Shown: positions 20,073 to 29,525, counted from the stretch's first letter. The stretch: 64,000 nt of DNA from Pseudomonas aeruginosa PAO1 (GCF_000006765.1 NC_002516.2); one strand, 5' to 3'. Program-made: numbers and translations. The notes: generated by a model from the letters alone, not told the origin.

Positions 20073-21350
20073 ATGTTGAAGAAAAGGATTTGCCTGCTGG
20101 CACTGGGCATCGCGACTGCAAGCCAGGCGATGGCCAATGACCAAGAAGCAGCAAAGGGGTTTGTCGAGGACAGCCACCTCGATCTGTTCTTCCGCAATGG
20201 CTACATCAGCCGTGACTACAAACATGGCCGGCAGGACAAGGCCGAATGGGGCCAGGCCGCCACTGCCACCTTCACCTCCGGCTTCACCCAGGGGACGGTG
20301 GGCGTCGGTGTCGACGCGTTCGGCTTGTACGCGGTACGCCTGGACGGCGGCAAGGGTCGTAGCGGCGCCGCCGGTATCGACTTCTTCAAGCAGGGCGACA
20401 GCGGCTCCGCGGCGGACGATCTGTCCAAGGGCGGCGCGGCGGTGAAGTTCCGCATCTCCAACACCGTGCTCAAGTACGGCGACCAGATGCCCAGCCTGCC
20501 GGTGCTCAGCTACGACAACTCGCGCCTGCTCCCGGAAAGCTACAGCGGCACCCTGATCACCTCCAAGGAGATCGAGGGCCTGGAGCTGAACGCCGGTCGC
20601 TTCACCGCGGAATCCCGCAAGAGCGCCGAAGGGCGCGACAGCGGCGGCCTGAAGAGCATCAACGTGTTCGGCGGCAAGTACGCCTTCACCGATCACTTCA
20701 ACGCCTCGCTGTACGCTTCCGACGTCGAGGACGTACTGAAGAAGCAGTACATCAACCTGAACTACACCATCCCGCTGCAGGCCGACCAGTCGCTGAACTT
20801 CGACTTCAACGGCTATCGCACCAAGCTGGACAGCGACTTCGCCGACCAGAACTTCAACGGTAACCGCGACAACAAGATCTGGAGCCTGGCGGCGTCCTAC
20901 ACCATCGACGCCCACACCTTCATGATCGCCCACCAGCGCAACACGGGCGACACCGGCTACAACTACGGCTGGTACCAGAACGCCGGCGGCATCGGCGACG
21001 GCGGCACCACCATCTGGCTGGCCAACTCCTACTGGTCGGACTTCAACGCCGAGGACGAGCGTTCCTGGCAGGTCAGCTACGCCCTGGACTTCGCCAAGTA
21101 CGGCGTGCCCGGCCTGACCTACCGCGTAGCCTACGTGCGCGGCGACAACATCAAGACCGCCGAGACCAGCAACGGCAAGGAGCGCGAGATCTTCAACCAG
21201 GTCCAGTACGTGGTGCAGAGCGGTCCGGCCAAGGACCTCACCCTGCGTCTGCGCAGCTCGTTCCTGCGTGTCTCCAACGACGCTCGCTCGTACAACGACG
21301 ACGGCAACGAAATCCGTGCCTTCGTCGAGTACCCGTTCAGCGTGTTCTGA
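20073..21350 (+). CDS. oprQ: OprD-family porin OprQ
   Basis: GFVEDSHLDL, FTSGFTQGTVGVGVDA, RLLPESY; C-terminal Phe; syntenic position. Confidence 0.85.
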   Translation: MLKKRICLLALGIATASQAMANDQEAAKGFVEDSHLDLFFRNGYISRDYKHGRQDKAEWGQAATATFTSGFTQGTVGVGVDAFGLYAVRLDGGKGRSGAAGIDFFKQGDSGSAADDLSKGGAAVKFRISNTVLKYGDQMPSLPVLSYDNSRLLPESYSGTLITSKEIEGLELNAGRFTAESRKSAEGRDSGGLKSINVFGGKYAFTDHFNASLYASDVEDVLKKQYINLNYTIPLQADQSLNFDFNGYRTKLDSDFADQNFNGNRDNKIWSLAASYTIDAHTFMIAHQRNTGDTGYNYGWYQNAGGIGDGGTTIWLANSYWSDFNAEDERSWQVSYALDFAKYGVPGLTYRVAYVRGDNIKTAETSNGKEREIFNQVQYVVQSGPAKDLTLRLRSSFLRVSNDARSYNDDGNEIRAFVEYPFSVF

Positions 21351-21370
21351 TCGAACCTGCGAACGCGACG

Positions 21371-21404
21371 AGAACCCCGGGCCAGTCCCGGGGTTTTCTT
21401 TTTT
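21371..21404 (+). terminator. Terminator after oprQ
   Basis: AACCCCGGG-N5-CCCGGGGTT plus T-run. Confidence 0.85.
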
Positions 21405-21506
21405 GCGTTTCGTGCGCCAGTTCAACCTTATCGGGTAGAGCCGTACAGCTTCGGAAAGCCAGTGATAGCATTCGCTCTCGCTTGCCATTGCTTATCGATA
21501 TCGACA

Positions 21507-21878
21507 ATGCCGTTCCGGAAACACCTTCTCCTCCCCCTCCTCGGTCTTGCCCTGCTGCTCGGCGGTTGCGGCCCTAGCGTCAGCTACTCCTACATTCCGC
21601 CGACCAGCGATGCCGGCCTGCACTGCGTGAGCCAGTGCAATGCCGAGAAGCGCCAGTGCAAGACCCTCAGCAAGCTGCAGCAGCGCCAGGACGAGGCGCT
21701 CTACCAGGCGCAGAGCACGGCCTACAACTACTGCATGCAGAACAGCGACAAGAAGAAGCGCAAGTCCTGCCCCTACCCGCAGCGCAACTTCGATTTCGGC
21801 GACGACTGCCAGGAAGAGTACCGCAGTTGCTACCAGTCCTGCGGCGGCACCATCCGCCGCATCGTCCACCAGGACTGA
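21507..21878 (+). CDS. Cys-rich lipoprotein
   Basis: LLLGGC lipobox; eight further Cys. Confidence 0.75.
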   Translation: MPFRKHLLLPLLGLALLLGGCGPSVSYSYIPPTSDAGLHCVSQCNAEKRQCKTLSKLQQRQDEALYQAQSTAYNYCMQNSDKKKRKSCPYPQRNFDFGDDCQEEYRSCYQSCGGTIRRIVHQD

Positions 21879-21920
21879 GGCGCGACGTCCGGCAGGCATC
21901 CCGGACGTGCGGCAATACCG

Positions 21921-22265
21921 TCAGGCGAAGACGAAGTACTTGCGCACCGTCTCCACTACCTCCCAGGTACCACGCAGGCCCGGCTCGATGACGAACACGT
22001 CGCCCGCCCTCAGGTGCACCGGTTGCTCGCCTTCCGGGGTGATGATGCAGTAGCCGTCGAGGAAGTGGCAGAACTCCCAGCGTTCGTAGTTCACCTCCCA
22101 CTTGCCCGGCGTGCAGATCCAGGTGCCCATCAGCTTGCTGCCGTCCGCCGAGGCGTATGCGTTGAGGTTGACGGTATGCGGATCGCCGTCGATCCGCTTC
22201 CACTTGGTGGCGTCCAGCACGGGTACGGGACAGGTATCGCGCAGTACGGTGATGAAATCTGACAT
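21921..22265 (-). CDS. Cupin domain protein (DUF861/cupin_3-like)
   Basis: GTWICTPGKW, EFCHFLDG, AGDVFVIEPG, GTWEV..TVRK. Confidence 0.92.
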   Translation of the reverse strand: MSDFITVLRDTCPVPVLDATKWKRIDGDPHTVNLNAYASADGSKLMGTWICTPGKWEVNYERWEFCHFLDGYCIITPEGEQPVHLRAGDVFVIEPGLRGTWEVVETVRKYFVFA

Positions 22266-22376
22266 GGTCGCTCCAGGAAGGCAGTGGATGAATGCCTCAC
22301 CATAGGGCCACGCGCGGGGCGCCGGTTGTCTGGGTTCGACATCCGCCTAGCTGAAAGCGCTAGGCAGCCCGTGCGC

Positions 22377-22586
22377 TCAGCGACGCCTGCCATTCAGCGC
22401 TGCCAGCAGGTCGCAGACCATGATCAGCAGCAGCATGGGTACGGCGAACGGAAAGAATGCCAGCGCCGCGTATTCGTAGGCCTGGCCCGTCCACCACAGG
22501 CAAAGGCTGGCGACCGCCACGAGCAGGAAGCTGGCGGCGACGATGAACTTGCACAAGCGCGAGGCGAATCTGAGCGTATCGTCCAC
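22377..22586 (-). CDS. 69-aa two-TM membrane protein (GTG 22586)
   Basis: AAGGAG SD; two hydrophobic helices. Confidence 0.65.
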   Translation of the reverse strand: MDDTLRFASRLCKFIVAASFLLVAVASLCLWWTGQAYEYAALAFFPFAVPMLLLIMVCDLLAALNGRRR

Positions 22587-22746
22587 GACGAATCTCCTTC
22601 GGCGACTCCCCCGCAGTCTGCCGAAACCGCTCTGTCCCGGCGGTGACGCAAGAATGACGATTCGGACAGAATTGTTACGCCTGCCGCAAAACTTCATTCC
22701 ACTTTGTTAGCTGGCTAATCAAATTCCCCCTTGATATCGTCTTTTT

Positions 22747-22827
22747 CGCCAGATCCCCAAGGCCTGGCAAATGTCCCTTGTACAGGCCATTACCAACCCT
22801 CCCCCCGCTTGGTAATGGCCTTTTTTT
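22747..22827 (+). ncRNA. Candidate sRNA, sibling 2
   Basis: Extended -10 TGaTATCGT at 22732-22740; 5' hairpin loop ATCCCCAAGGC; AGGCCATTACCAA[CCCTCCCCCCGC]TTGGTAATGGCCT plus T-run. Confidence 0.65.
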
Positions 22828-22855
22828 CCCTTCTGCCGTAGTCCATGGAGATCGC

Positions 22856-23044
22856 ATGCCACGCATTGCCCTGGTCCTGGGTGTGCTGCTGGTCAGCGCC
22901 TGCGCACAGCCTGTCACGCCGGACTCGATAGTCGAGGAATCGTTTTCCCGCAGCGCCAGCGAACGCCAGCTGGAAGAGCTGAACCGCCAGGGCCTTCCCT
23001 ACGAGCAGTACCGGCTGCGCCGCCAGCGCATTCTTGGCCGCTGA
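22856..23044 (+). CDS. 62-aa lipoprotein
   Basis: GGAG SD; MPRIALVLGVLLVSAC lipobox. Confidence 0.75.
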   Translation: MPRIALVLGVLLVSACAQPVTPDSIVEESFSRSASERQLEELNRQGLPYEQYRLRRQRILGR

Positions 23045-23058
23045 TCCCGGCACCGCGC

Positions 23059-23268
23059 CTAGCGCTTCTTCGGCACCACCGCCCGCACCGCCTCGCAGAC
23101 GACCAGCCCGACCATCAGCGGGATCAGCAGCGGCAGGATCGACATCGAGAGGTTTTCCGCTCCCGAGCTGAGGAGAAACGGAAACTGGCTGAGGAAGGCG
23201 ACCATCGCCAGGCTGAGCAGGATCAGCAGGCCGTAGAGGCATGACGCCAATTTCAGAGCTTTTTCCAT
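23059..23268 (-). CDS. 69-aa two-TM membrane protein
   Basis: Two hydrophobic helices, basic C-terminus. Confidence 0.65.
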   Translation of the reverse strand: MEKALKLASCLYGLLILLSLAMVAFLSQFPFLLSSGAENLSMSILPLLIPLMVGLVVCEAVRAVVPKKR

Positions 23269-23598
23269 GACCGGGTAGAAAGTGAAGGATTCGGAAGAAA
23301 ATCTACCCGCCCCGCTCCCCCGGTATGGCGAGAAGCAAGATTTTTTCAGATTCGGGTGCCCCGAAAAGACGCGAACCCGACCGACCGATCACCCCTCCAT
23401 GCCCGTCGCGACAACCCGATCGGTCGGGTCCGGACTTGCAACATACCGCCGTGCCGATATCACGTCGCCTACCGGAACAAGGAGTTGTTCTTTTCGACGA
23501 ACGTCCTCGCCTCCCGCTATCGCCCGCCCATCGCGACCTCGTATGCTCGCCGGGCGATGCCTCATGCCAGCAACCCCCACCCACAAGGGAGCAACACG

Positions 23599-24294
23599 AT
23601 GAGCAACCTGCCTGCAATCATCCTGGTCCACGGCTTCTGGGGCGGCGCCGCCCACTGGAGCAAGGTCATTCTCGAACTGAAACGCCTCGGCCACGACAAC
23701 CTGCATGCCGTCGAACTACCGTTGACCTCGCTGGCGGACGATGCCGAGCGGACGCGCAAGATGATCGCGCAGCAACAGGGGCCGGTCCTGCTGGTGGGAC
23801 ACTCCTATGGCGGCGCGGTGATCACCGAGGCCGGCAACCAGCCGAATGTGGTCGGGCTGGTCTATATCGCCGCCTTCGCCCCCGACAGCGGCGAAAGTCC
23901 CGGTGGCATCACCCAGGAGCACTTGCCCCTGGCCGCAGCGAACCTGGCGACGGACAGCGATGGCTATCTCTGGGTGAAGGCGGACAGGTTCCACGAAAGC
24001 TTCTGCCAGGATCTCGCTGCGGACGAAGGGCTGGTCATGGGCATCACCCAGAAGGCTCCGCTGGCCAGCACTTTCGGCGATGCCATCGGCAGCCCGGCCT
24101 GGAAGAGCAAGCCCTCCTGGTACCAGATTTCCAGCGCCGATCGCATGATTGCGCCGGAGAACCAGGAGCGGATGGCCGCGCGGATCGCACCGAGGAAGAT
24201 CGTCACCCTCGATGCCAGCCACGCGTCACTGGCCTCGCGAGCGAAGGAAGTAGCGGCGCTGATCGACGAGGCCGCCGTGGCCACCGCCCACTAG
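23599..24294 (+). CDS. Alpha/beta hydrolase (family 6-like)
   Basis: AGGGAG SD; ILVHGFWG, GHSYGG, DASHASL. Confidence 0.9.
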   Translation: MSNLPAIILVHGFWGGAAHWSKVILELKRLGHDNLHAVELPLTSLADDAERTRKMIAQQQGPVLLVGHSYGGAVITEAGNQPNVVGLVYIAAFAPDSGESPGGITQEHLPLAAANLATDSDGYLWVKADRFHESFCQDLAADEGLVMGITQKAPLASTFGDAIGSPAWKSKPSWYQISSADRMIAPENQERMAARIAPRKIVTLDASHASLASRAKEVAALIDEAAVATAH

Positions 24295-24341
24295 CGCCGC
24301 GCAGGACGCGGCAGCAGGCCTGGCCTGCTGCCGCGGCGGGC

Positions 24342-25241
24342 TCAGAGGCCGAGGGCGGACAGGTCGAGGCGGCCGTCGGCCATGGGCGGACACCAGAAGT
24401 AGCTGCCGCTGATCGGCCGGGTGAAACGGAACAGGCCATCGAGCACCCCGTCTTCCACGCCGATCATCCGTAGCCACTGGACCTCGAAGGCCTCGAACGA
24501 GCGGCCGAAGGCGGCGAACAACAGCCCCGCGCGGTGCTCGTCGGACCAGGGCGCGCCGCGCCGCAGGAGGAACGCGGCGGGCTCGAAGCTTTCCTGCTCG
24601 GTGCGCTTGACGTGGGCGTAGGCCGGCGCGTCTTCCAGTTCTTCATCGTCGGACTTGCGGCGGCCGATGATGTTGTCCATCTCCTCGCCGGGGATCGCCT
24701 GCATCCGGTCGAAGTCATGCAGCCACTGCTGGACAGCAACGAAACTGCCGCCATCCAGGCCCGCACCGCGCCCGGAGACCAGCGCGGCTTCGAGCGCCGC
24801 ATCGCCCTTGGGGTTCTCGGTGCCGTCCTTGTAGCCGGACAGGTCGCGGTCCTCGCCGTAGAGGAACGCATCCACCGCGCCGGTCCGCTGGAAGGCCGGC
24901 GCCAGCGACCGTTCCAGCGCGTGCGAGCGCAGCGTCACCTCGCCGCGATCCTCGCCGCGCAGCCAGCACCACAGCGCGGAGGGCGTGGACGGCAGGTCGA
25001 TGCCGGGCGCGGCGAGCACCGGATAGTCCTTCATGCCCTCGACGGTCTTGCCGAGGCTGAGCATCAGCGAATGGCCGATACCCACCACCAGCTGGTAACC
25101 ATCGGTGGCCGCGGCCAGGCTGGCCAAGGTCGCGGCCACCTGCTCGGGTTGGGAAATGCTGAAAAACAGGTAGCGACCCACCACCGGAATCGGGGTGAGA
25201 ATGCCTGGCTGAGCCGCGCTCATGTTGCCTCCATCTATCAT
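24342..25241 (-). CDS. DyP-type peroxidase
   Basis: GYKDGTENP (GxxDG), IIGRRKSD, AHVKRT, LLRRGAPW. Confidence 0.93.
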   Translation of the reverse strand: MIDGGNMSAAQPGILTPIPVVGRYLFFSISQPEQVAATLASLAAATDGYQLVVGIGHSLMLSLGKTVEGMKDYPVLAAPGIDLPSTPSALWCWLRGEDRGEVTLRSHALERSLAPAFQRTGAVDAFLYGEDRDLSGYKDGTENPKGDAALEAALVSGRGAGLDGGSFVAVQQWLHDFDRMQAIPGEEMDNIIGRRKSDDEELEDAPAYAHVKRTEQESFEPAAFLLRRGAPWSDEHRAGLLFAAFGRSFEAFEVQWLRMIGVEDGVLDGLFRFTRPISGSYFWCPPMADGRLDLSALGL

Positions 25242-25428
25242 CAGGCCGTGCGCCGCTCGTGGCGATGCACCTTCGATCTCGTTCTGGTTCGAGCAATGCT
25301 CGGTTTCGGAGCGCAGCGGCGGGCGACGCCAAGCGAAGCGGCTCCGAAATACCCGCGCATCCTAAACCGGTGCAACGCCAGAGACCACTCGAAGACGAGG
25401 GAAAAGCGCGAAGTCGGACCTGCGTCGC

Positions 25429-25524
25429 TCAGAACTCCATCGGCATGAGACCGACCACCAGGCCGGCGACGGCAAGGGCAAACACCAGCAGGGCCTTGGC
25501 GAGTTCGAGATGATGGGCGTTCAT
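25429..25524 (-). CDS. 31-aa hydrophobic peptide (candidate)
   Basis: MNAHHLELAKALLVFALAVAGLVVGLMPMEF; AGGT about 7 nt upstream; lies in the TetR-DyP gap. Confidence 0.45.
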   Translation of the reverse strand: MNAHHLELAKALLVFALAVAGLVVGLMPMEF

Positions 25525-25582
25525 GGGCTTACCTGTCGGAGGGAAAGCCTGACGCTAGACGCCGAACATTGCAGTTGTGCAA

Positions 25583-26164
25583 TCAGTCCCGGTCCGCTTG
25601 CGGCGAAACCGCTCCGCTCGCCGAAAGCAGGCCCAGCGCATGCTCCAGCGCCGCATCCAGGACCTTGTCGCGCGCCACCTCGCTCGCCTGGGCACGCGCG
25701 AGAAGCACCGCGCCGACCGACAGGCAGGTGAGCACCCAGGCCCGGTTCTCGTCGCCCATCAGTTCGGCCAGCCGCCGTTGCCGCTGTTCCAGGGCGCGTT
25801 CGAAGGTTTCCCGCACCTCGGGCCCTGCCCGGCCCACCTCGGCGGCCAGCGCCGGAATCGGGCAGCCCATGTCGGCATGCTGCGCATGACCGCGACTGAG
25901 GTAGAGACGGGTGGCGCCGGCCAGTTGCTCCAGGCTGTCCAGCGGAAAGGCATCGTGCTGGGCGCTCAGCTCGCGCTGCAGGATCGCTTCGAGCAACTCC
26001 GCCTTGCTGGAGAATTGCGAGTAGAACGCCCCGGTGGTAAGACCAGCCGCCTTCATCAAGGTGTCCAGGCCGGTGCTGGCGAAGCCCTGGCGCTTCACCA
26101 GCGGAGCGGCCTTGCTCAACAGCAGGGCGCGGGTGGCCTGTTTCTGTTCCGGTTTGTAGCGCAT
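25583..26164 (-). CDS. TetR-family regulator
   Basis: GFASTGLDTLMKAAGLTTGAFYSQFSSKAEL HTH. Confidence 0.95.
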   Translation of the reverse strand: MRYKPEQKQATRALLLSKAAPLVKRQGFASTGLDTLMKAAGLTTGAFYSQFSSKAELLEAILQRELSAQHDAFPLDSLEQLAGATRLYLSRGHAQHADMGCPIPALAAEVGRAGPEVRETFERALEQRQRRLAELMGDENRAWVLTCLSVGAVLLARAQASEVARDKVLDAALEHALGLLSASGAVSPQADRD

Positions 26165-26206
26165 GCCGACTATCCGTTGGTTGGGGAGACGATGTCGTCA
26201 CATTGG

Positions 26207-26234
26207 ATAATGATCTTTATATAACGCTCGTTAT
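26207..26234. promoter_or_regulatory. Tandem palindromic operators between divergent TetR and ECH genes
   Basis: ATAATGATCTTTAT and ATAACGCTCGTTAT (ATAA-N6-TTAT twice). Confidence 0.55.
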
Positions 26235-26251
26235 CCAATGAGGAAGCCGCA

Positions 26252-27220
26252 ATGACTCTAGCACCGCGACACCTGCGCATAGAACAACGAGGACGCGTCC
26301 TGCAAGTCCTGCTCGACAATCCCCCGGCGAACTTCCTCACCACGGCGGTGATGCAGGAGCTGGCCGACCTGCTGGAAGACCTTGAGCAACGCCAGGACAT
26401 CGGCGCCGTCATCCTTTCCGGAGCGGCGGACGGGGTCTTCCTGACCCACTTCGACGTCGACGAGATCGAGCGCGCCGTCGCCCCCATCACCTTTTCCATG
26501 CCGGCCTGGCTGACACGCCTGCTGCTGGAAAGCGAAAGCCTCCTGCGCCACTTGCCTGGGGCGAGGAAGCTGCTGCGGCGCACCCTGCTGGCAGGCGTCG
26601 CCGACATGAACCTGTTCCATGAGGTCACCGCGCACATGCGCCGCATGGACAAGGTGTTCATCGCCGCGATCAACGGCCTGGCCCTGGGTGGCGGCTGCGA
26701 GCTGGCGCTGGCCTGCGACCTGCGCCTGATGGCCGAGGACGACCAAGTGGAACGCTTCCTCGGCCAGCCGGAAGTACTCATCGGCCTGATACCGGGAGGC
26801 GGCGGCACCCAGATGCTGGCGCGCAGCCTGGGCGTAGCCAGGGCCCTGGAGCTGTGCCTGGAAGGGCAACTGCTGGAGCCGCGCCAGGCCCTTGCGCTGG
26901 GCCTGGTCAACGGGCTGGCGCCAGCGGAGGAGCTACTGGAAGCCGCCGACGCGCTGGCGCAACGCCTGTCCCGGCGCTCACCGCAAGCGGTGCGCCTGAT
27001 CAAGCGTTCGATCTACCAGGCGGCTTCCCGCGACTGGACGGAGGGCATGGCCAGCGAAAAGGCCGGCTTCCTCTCCGCCGCCTCCCAGGGCAATACCCGC
27101 CGCGCCATGCGCGAATACATCGAACGGGTGCGCACCATCACCCGGGAAGAGCGCCCTTTCCGCCGTGCGGATTTTGACGACCTGACCGAAGGCAACGCCA
27201 TCGACATGGCCTACAGGTGA
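26252..27220 (+). CDS. Enoyl-CoA hydratase/isomerase family protein
   Basis: AINGLALGGGCELALACD, GQPEVLIGLIPGGGGTQ. Confidence 0.93.
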   Translation: MTLAPRHLRIEQRGRVLQVLLDNPPANFLTTAVMQELADLLEDLEQRQDIGAVILSGAADGVFLTHFDVDEIERAVAPITFSMPAWLTRLLLESESLLRHLPGARKLLRRTLLAGVADMNLFHEVTAHMRRMDKVFIAAINGLALGGGCELALACDLRLMAEDDQVERFLGQPEVLIGLIPGGGGTQMLARSLGVARALELCLEGQLLEPRQALALGLVNGLAPAEELLEAADALAQRLSRRSPQAVRLIKRSIYQAASRDWTEGMASEKAGFLSAASQGNTRRAMREYIERVRTITREERPFRRADFDDLTEGNAIDMAYR

Positions 27221-27708
27221 TCTGCATGACTGCCTCCCCTTCCCCGGTTTCCGCCACGCCTTGGCTGACCCTGAGCATTCGCCTGATGGCCGGCGGCTTC
27301 CTGCTGTTCTTCGGCCTGGCCCTGGCCACGCTGCTCCTGCGGCTCGACCAGTCGCTGCTCGACTCCGACGCCGGGCGCCTGCTGCTCCGCCTGGTTCGCT
27401 GGGGCGACCAGCAAGGCGGCGGACAGCACTATGAGCTGATGATCTCGACGATCTACCTGGTCTGGGGCGCATTCCTCTGGCGCGCCGCCAGCCAGCCCTT
27501 CCGCCACCGGCTGTTTATCGACTTCACCGTGGCGGCCAATGCCGCGCACTTCGGCCTGATGTTCCTGCAGGGACTGTTGATGCCCGGCGAACACATCCAC
27601 CTGGCCGGCGATGTCCTGCTGGGCTGGGCCTCGCTGCTGCCGCTGATGCTGTTCTGGATACCGCAACGCAAGCGGGCAGCCCCTTCGCTCGCCGTCGAGC
27701 GGAAGTGA
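27217..27708 (+). CDS. Four-TM membrane protein
   Basis: GTGA overlap with ECH; hydrophobic segments. Confidence 0.8.
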   Translation: MICMTASPSPVSATPWLTLSIRLMAGGFLLFFGLALATLLLRLDQSLLDSDAGRLLLRLVRWGDQQGGGQHYELMISTIYLVWGAFLWRAASQPFRHRLFIDFTVAANAAHFGLMFLQGLLMPGEHIHLAGDVLLGWASLLPLMLFWIPQRKRAAPSLAVERK

Positions 27709-27733
27709 CGACAGTGGAACGGCCCCCAAAGGG

Positions 27734-27753
27734 GCCTAGCAGTTCGAACAGGC
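27734..27753 (+). promoter_or_regulatory. las/rhl (lux-type) box upstream of sRNA sibling 3
   Basis: GCCTAGCAGTTCGAACAGGC fits CT-N12-AG; -35 TTGATG at 27759-64, -10 TATGCT at 27781-86. Confidence 0.55.
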
Positions 27754-27792
27754 TCCTCTTGATGCCGTTGCGGACTGGCCTATGCTCACGGT

Positions 27793-27850
27793 GTGTGCGA
27801 ACCCCAAGGGTATTTCCCGACCAGCTCCCCCGCGGTCGGGATTTTTTTTT
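27793..27850 (+). ncRNA. Candidate sRNA, sibling 3
   Basis: GAACCCCAAG motif; TCCCGACC[AGCTCCCCCGC]GGTCGGGA plus T9. Confidence 0.65.
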
Positions 27851-27859
27851 GCCTGTCGC

Positions 27860-28270
27860 TCAGCGCTTCGGGTCGAAGGGCGAATAGCCCCGCCGGCGCA
27901 GGCTCGCCAGGGGCGCGAACAGCGGCTCCGGCAGATCGGCCCAATCGAACCAGGCCCAGCCGTCGCACTTGTCCGGCTCCATGAGGCGCGCCTCGGCATC
28001 CTCCGCGCAACCGGCCAGGATGAACGCGGTGAGGTAGTGGCGCCCCTCGAAGACGTCATTGCTGAACGGGCCGTGGCGCAGTTCGCTCAGCGCCAGGTCG
28101 GTCTCTTCCAGGGCTTCGCGCAGGGCGCAGTCCTCCACCGCCTCGCCGAACTCGAGATGGCCGCCGGGCGCCGACCAGCAGCCAGCGCCATGACTGCCCT
28201 TGCGGCGCCCCAGCAACACCTTGCCGTCCCGCAAGATCAGGACGCCCACGCCTACCTGCGGTGCCGGCAT
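27860..28270 (-). CDS. Nudix hydrolase
   Basis: GGHLEFGEAVEDCALREALEETDL Nudix box. Confidence 0.95.
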   Translation of the reverse strand: MPAPQVGVGVLILRDGKVLLGRRKGSHGAGCWSAPGGHLEFGEAVEDCALREALEETDLALSELRHGPFSNDVFEGRHYLTAFILAGCAEDAEARLMEPDKCDGWAWFDWADLPEPLFAPLASLRRRGYSPFDPKR

Positions 28271-28291
28271 CGTCGTACTCCTGCTTCGGGA

Positions 28292-29071
28292 TCAGAGATG
28301 GAGCGTACCGCTCATGTACAACGCCGCCTTGCCGGAGATGACCACCCGCTCGCCGCGCACGTCGCATTCCAGGCGCCCCTTGCGCGCCCCGCCCTGCTCG
28401 GCGCTCAGCCGGGTCTTGCCCAGGCGCTGCGCCCAGTACGGCGCCAGGGAGGTATGCGCGGAGCCGGTCACCGGGTCTTCGTTGACGCCGACGTTGGGCC
28501 CGAACCAGCGCGAGACGAAATCGAAGCGCTGGCTGCGCGCGGTCACCGCCACCCCGCGGCACGGCAAGCCCTTCAGCCGGGCGAAGTCAGGCGCCAGGGC
28601 GGCGATCGTCTTTTCGTCGTCGACCACCACGAGGTAATCGTCGGTCTTCAGCACTTCCGCCTCGGCAATACCCAGCGCCTCCAGCAGTCCGTCCGGTGTC
28701 GCGCAAGGCTCCGGACGCTTGGCCGGGAAGTCCATCGCCAGCGAGTCGCCCTCGCGCCGCACGCTCAGCTCACCGCTACGGGTAGCGAAACGCAGTACCG
28801 GGGAAGCGTCGTCGAGCTTGTGGATCAGTACCCAGGCCGTCGCCAGGGTCGCATGACCGCACAGGTCCACCTCGACCTGCGGCGTGAACCAGCGCAATCG
28901 ATAGTCGCCGTCGCGGCCGACGACAAAGGCGGTTTCCGAAAGATTGTTCTCTTCCGCGATGGCCTGCAGGCGCTCGTCGTCCAGCCAGGCATCGAGGGGG
29001 CAGACCGCCGCCGGATTGCCCTGGAAGGGACTGTCGGCGAATGCGTCTACCTGGAAGATCGTCAGTTCCAT
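28292..29071 (-). CDS. PhzF-family isomerase/epimerase
   Basis: QVDAF...GNPAAV, NLSETAF, EVDLCGHATLA, EDPVTGSAH. Confidence 0.95.
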   Translation of the reverse strand: MELTIFQVDAFADSPFQGNPAAVCPLDAWLDDERLQAIAEENNLSETAFVVGRDGDYRLRWFTPQVEVDLCGHATLATAWVLIHKLDDASPVLRFATRSGELSVRREGDSLAMDFPAKRPEPCATPDGLLEALGIAEAEVLKTDDYLVVVDDEKTIAALAPDFARLKGLPCRGVAVTARSQRFDFVSRWFGPNVGVNEDPVTGSAHTSLAPYWAQRLGKTRLSAEQGGARKGRLECDVRGERVVISGKAALYMSGTLHL

Positions 29072-29157
29072 GTTCCGGACTCCTGTATCGATGGGCTGCG
29101 CACCTTAGCAGCCGGACCGAGACCAGGACAATGCCGCGCCCCGCGCAGGCGCCTCGC

Positions 29158-29424
29158 TCAGATCTGACGGATATCCAGCAGCGCCCAGACCTGGTAACCC
29201 TGGCGCTTGGCTTCCTTCTCCGCTTCCAGTTGCGCGGTGACCTTGCTGATGGAGCGCGAGCGATGTTCGAAACGCAGCGGCAATCCCGCCCCGCCCTTGC
29301 GCACGCTCAGTTCGACGATGGTGTAGCGGACCGGCTGGCTGGCCTCGGTCCGGACCTTTTTCGGTCGCGTTTCGGCAAGGCCCAGCGCCTTGCGCATCTG
29401 TTCTTCAGAGTAGATTTCCTGCAC
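29158..29424 (-). CDS. Small hypothetical protein (start uncertain: GTG 29424 or upstream to 29454)
   Basis: QEIYSEEQMRKALGL...RFEHRSRSISKVTAQLEAEKEAKRQGY. Confidence 0.6.
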   Translation of the reverse strand: MQEIYSEEQMRKALGLAETRPKKVRTEASQPVRYTIVELSVRKGGAGLPLRFEHRSRSISKVTAQLEAEKEAKRQGYQVWALLDIRQI

Positions 29425-29525
29425 GCATTCACCCAGATTGAATAAAACCCGCAAATCCTATTGGTTCGCGACCCCACTTGCCAGGATAGTCGGCGAAGCG
29501 GGTCACACATCGACGCGAAAATCGC

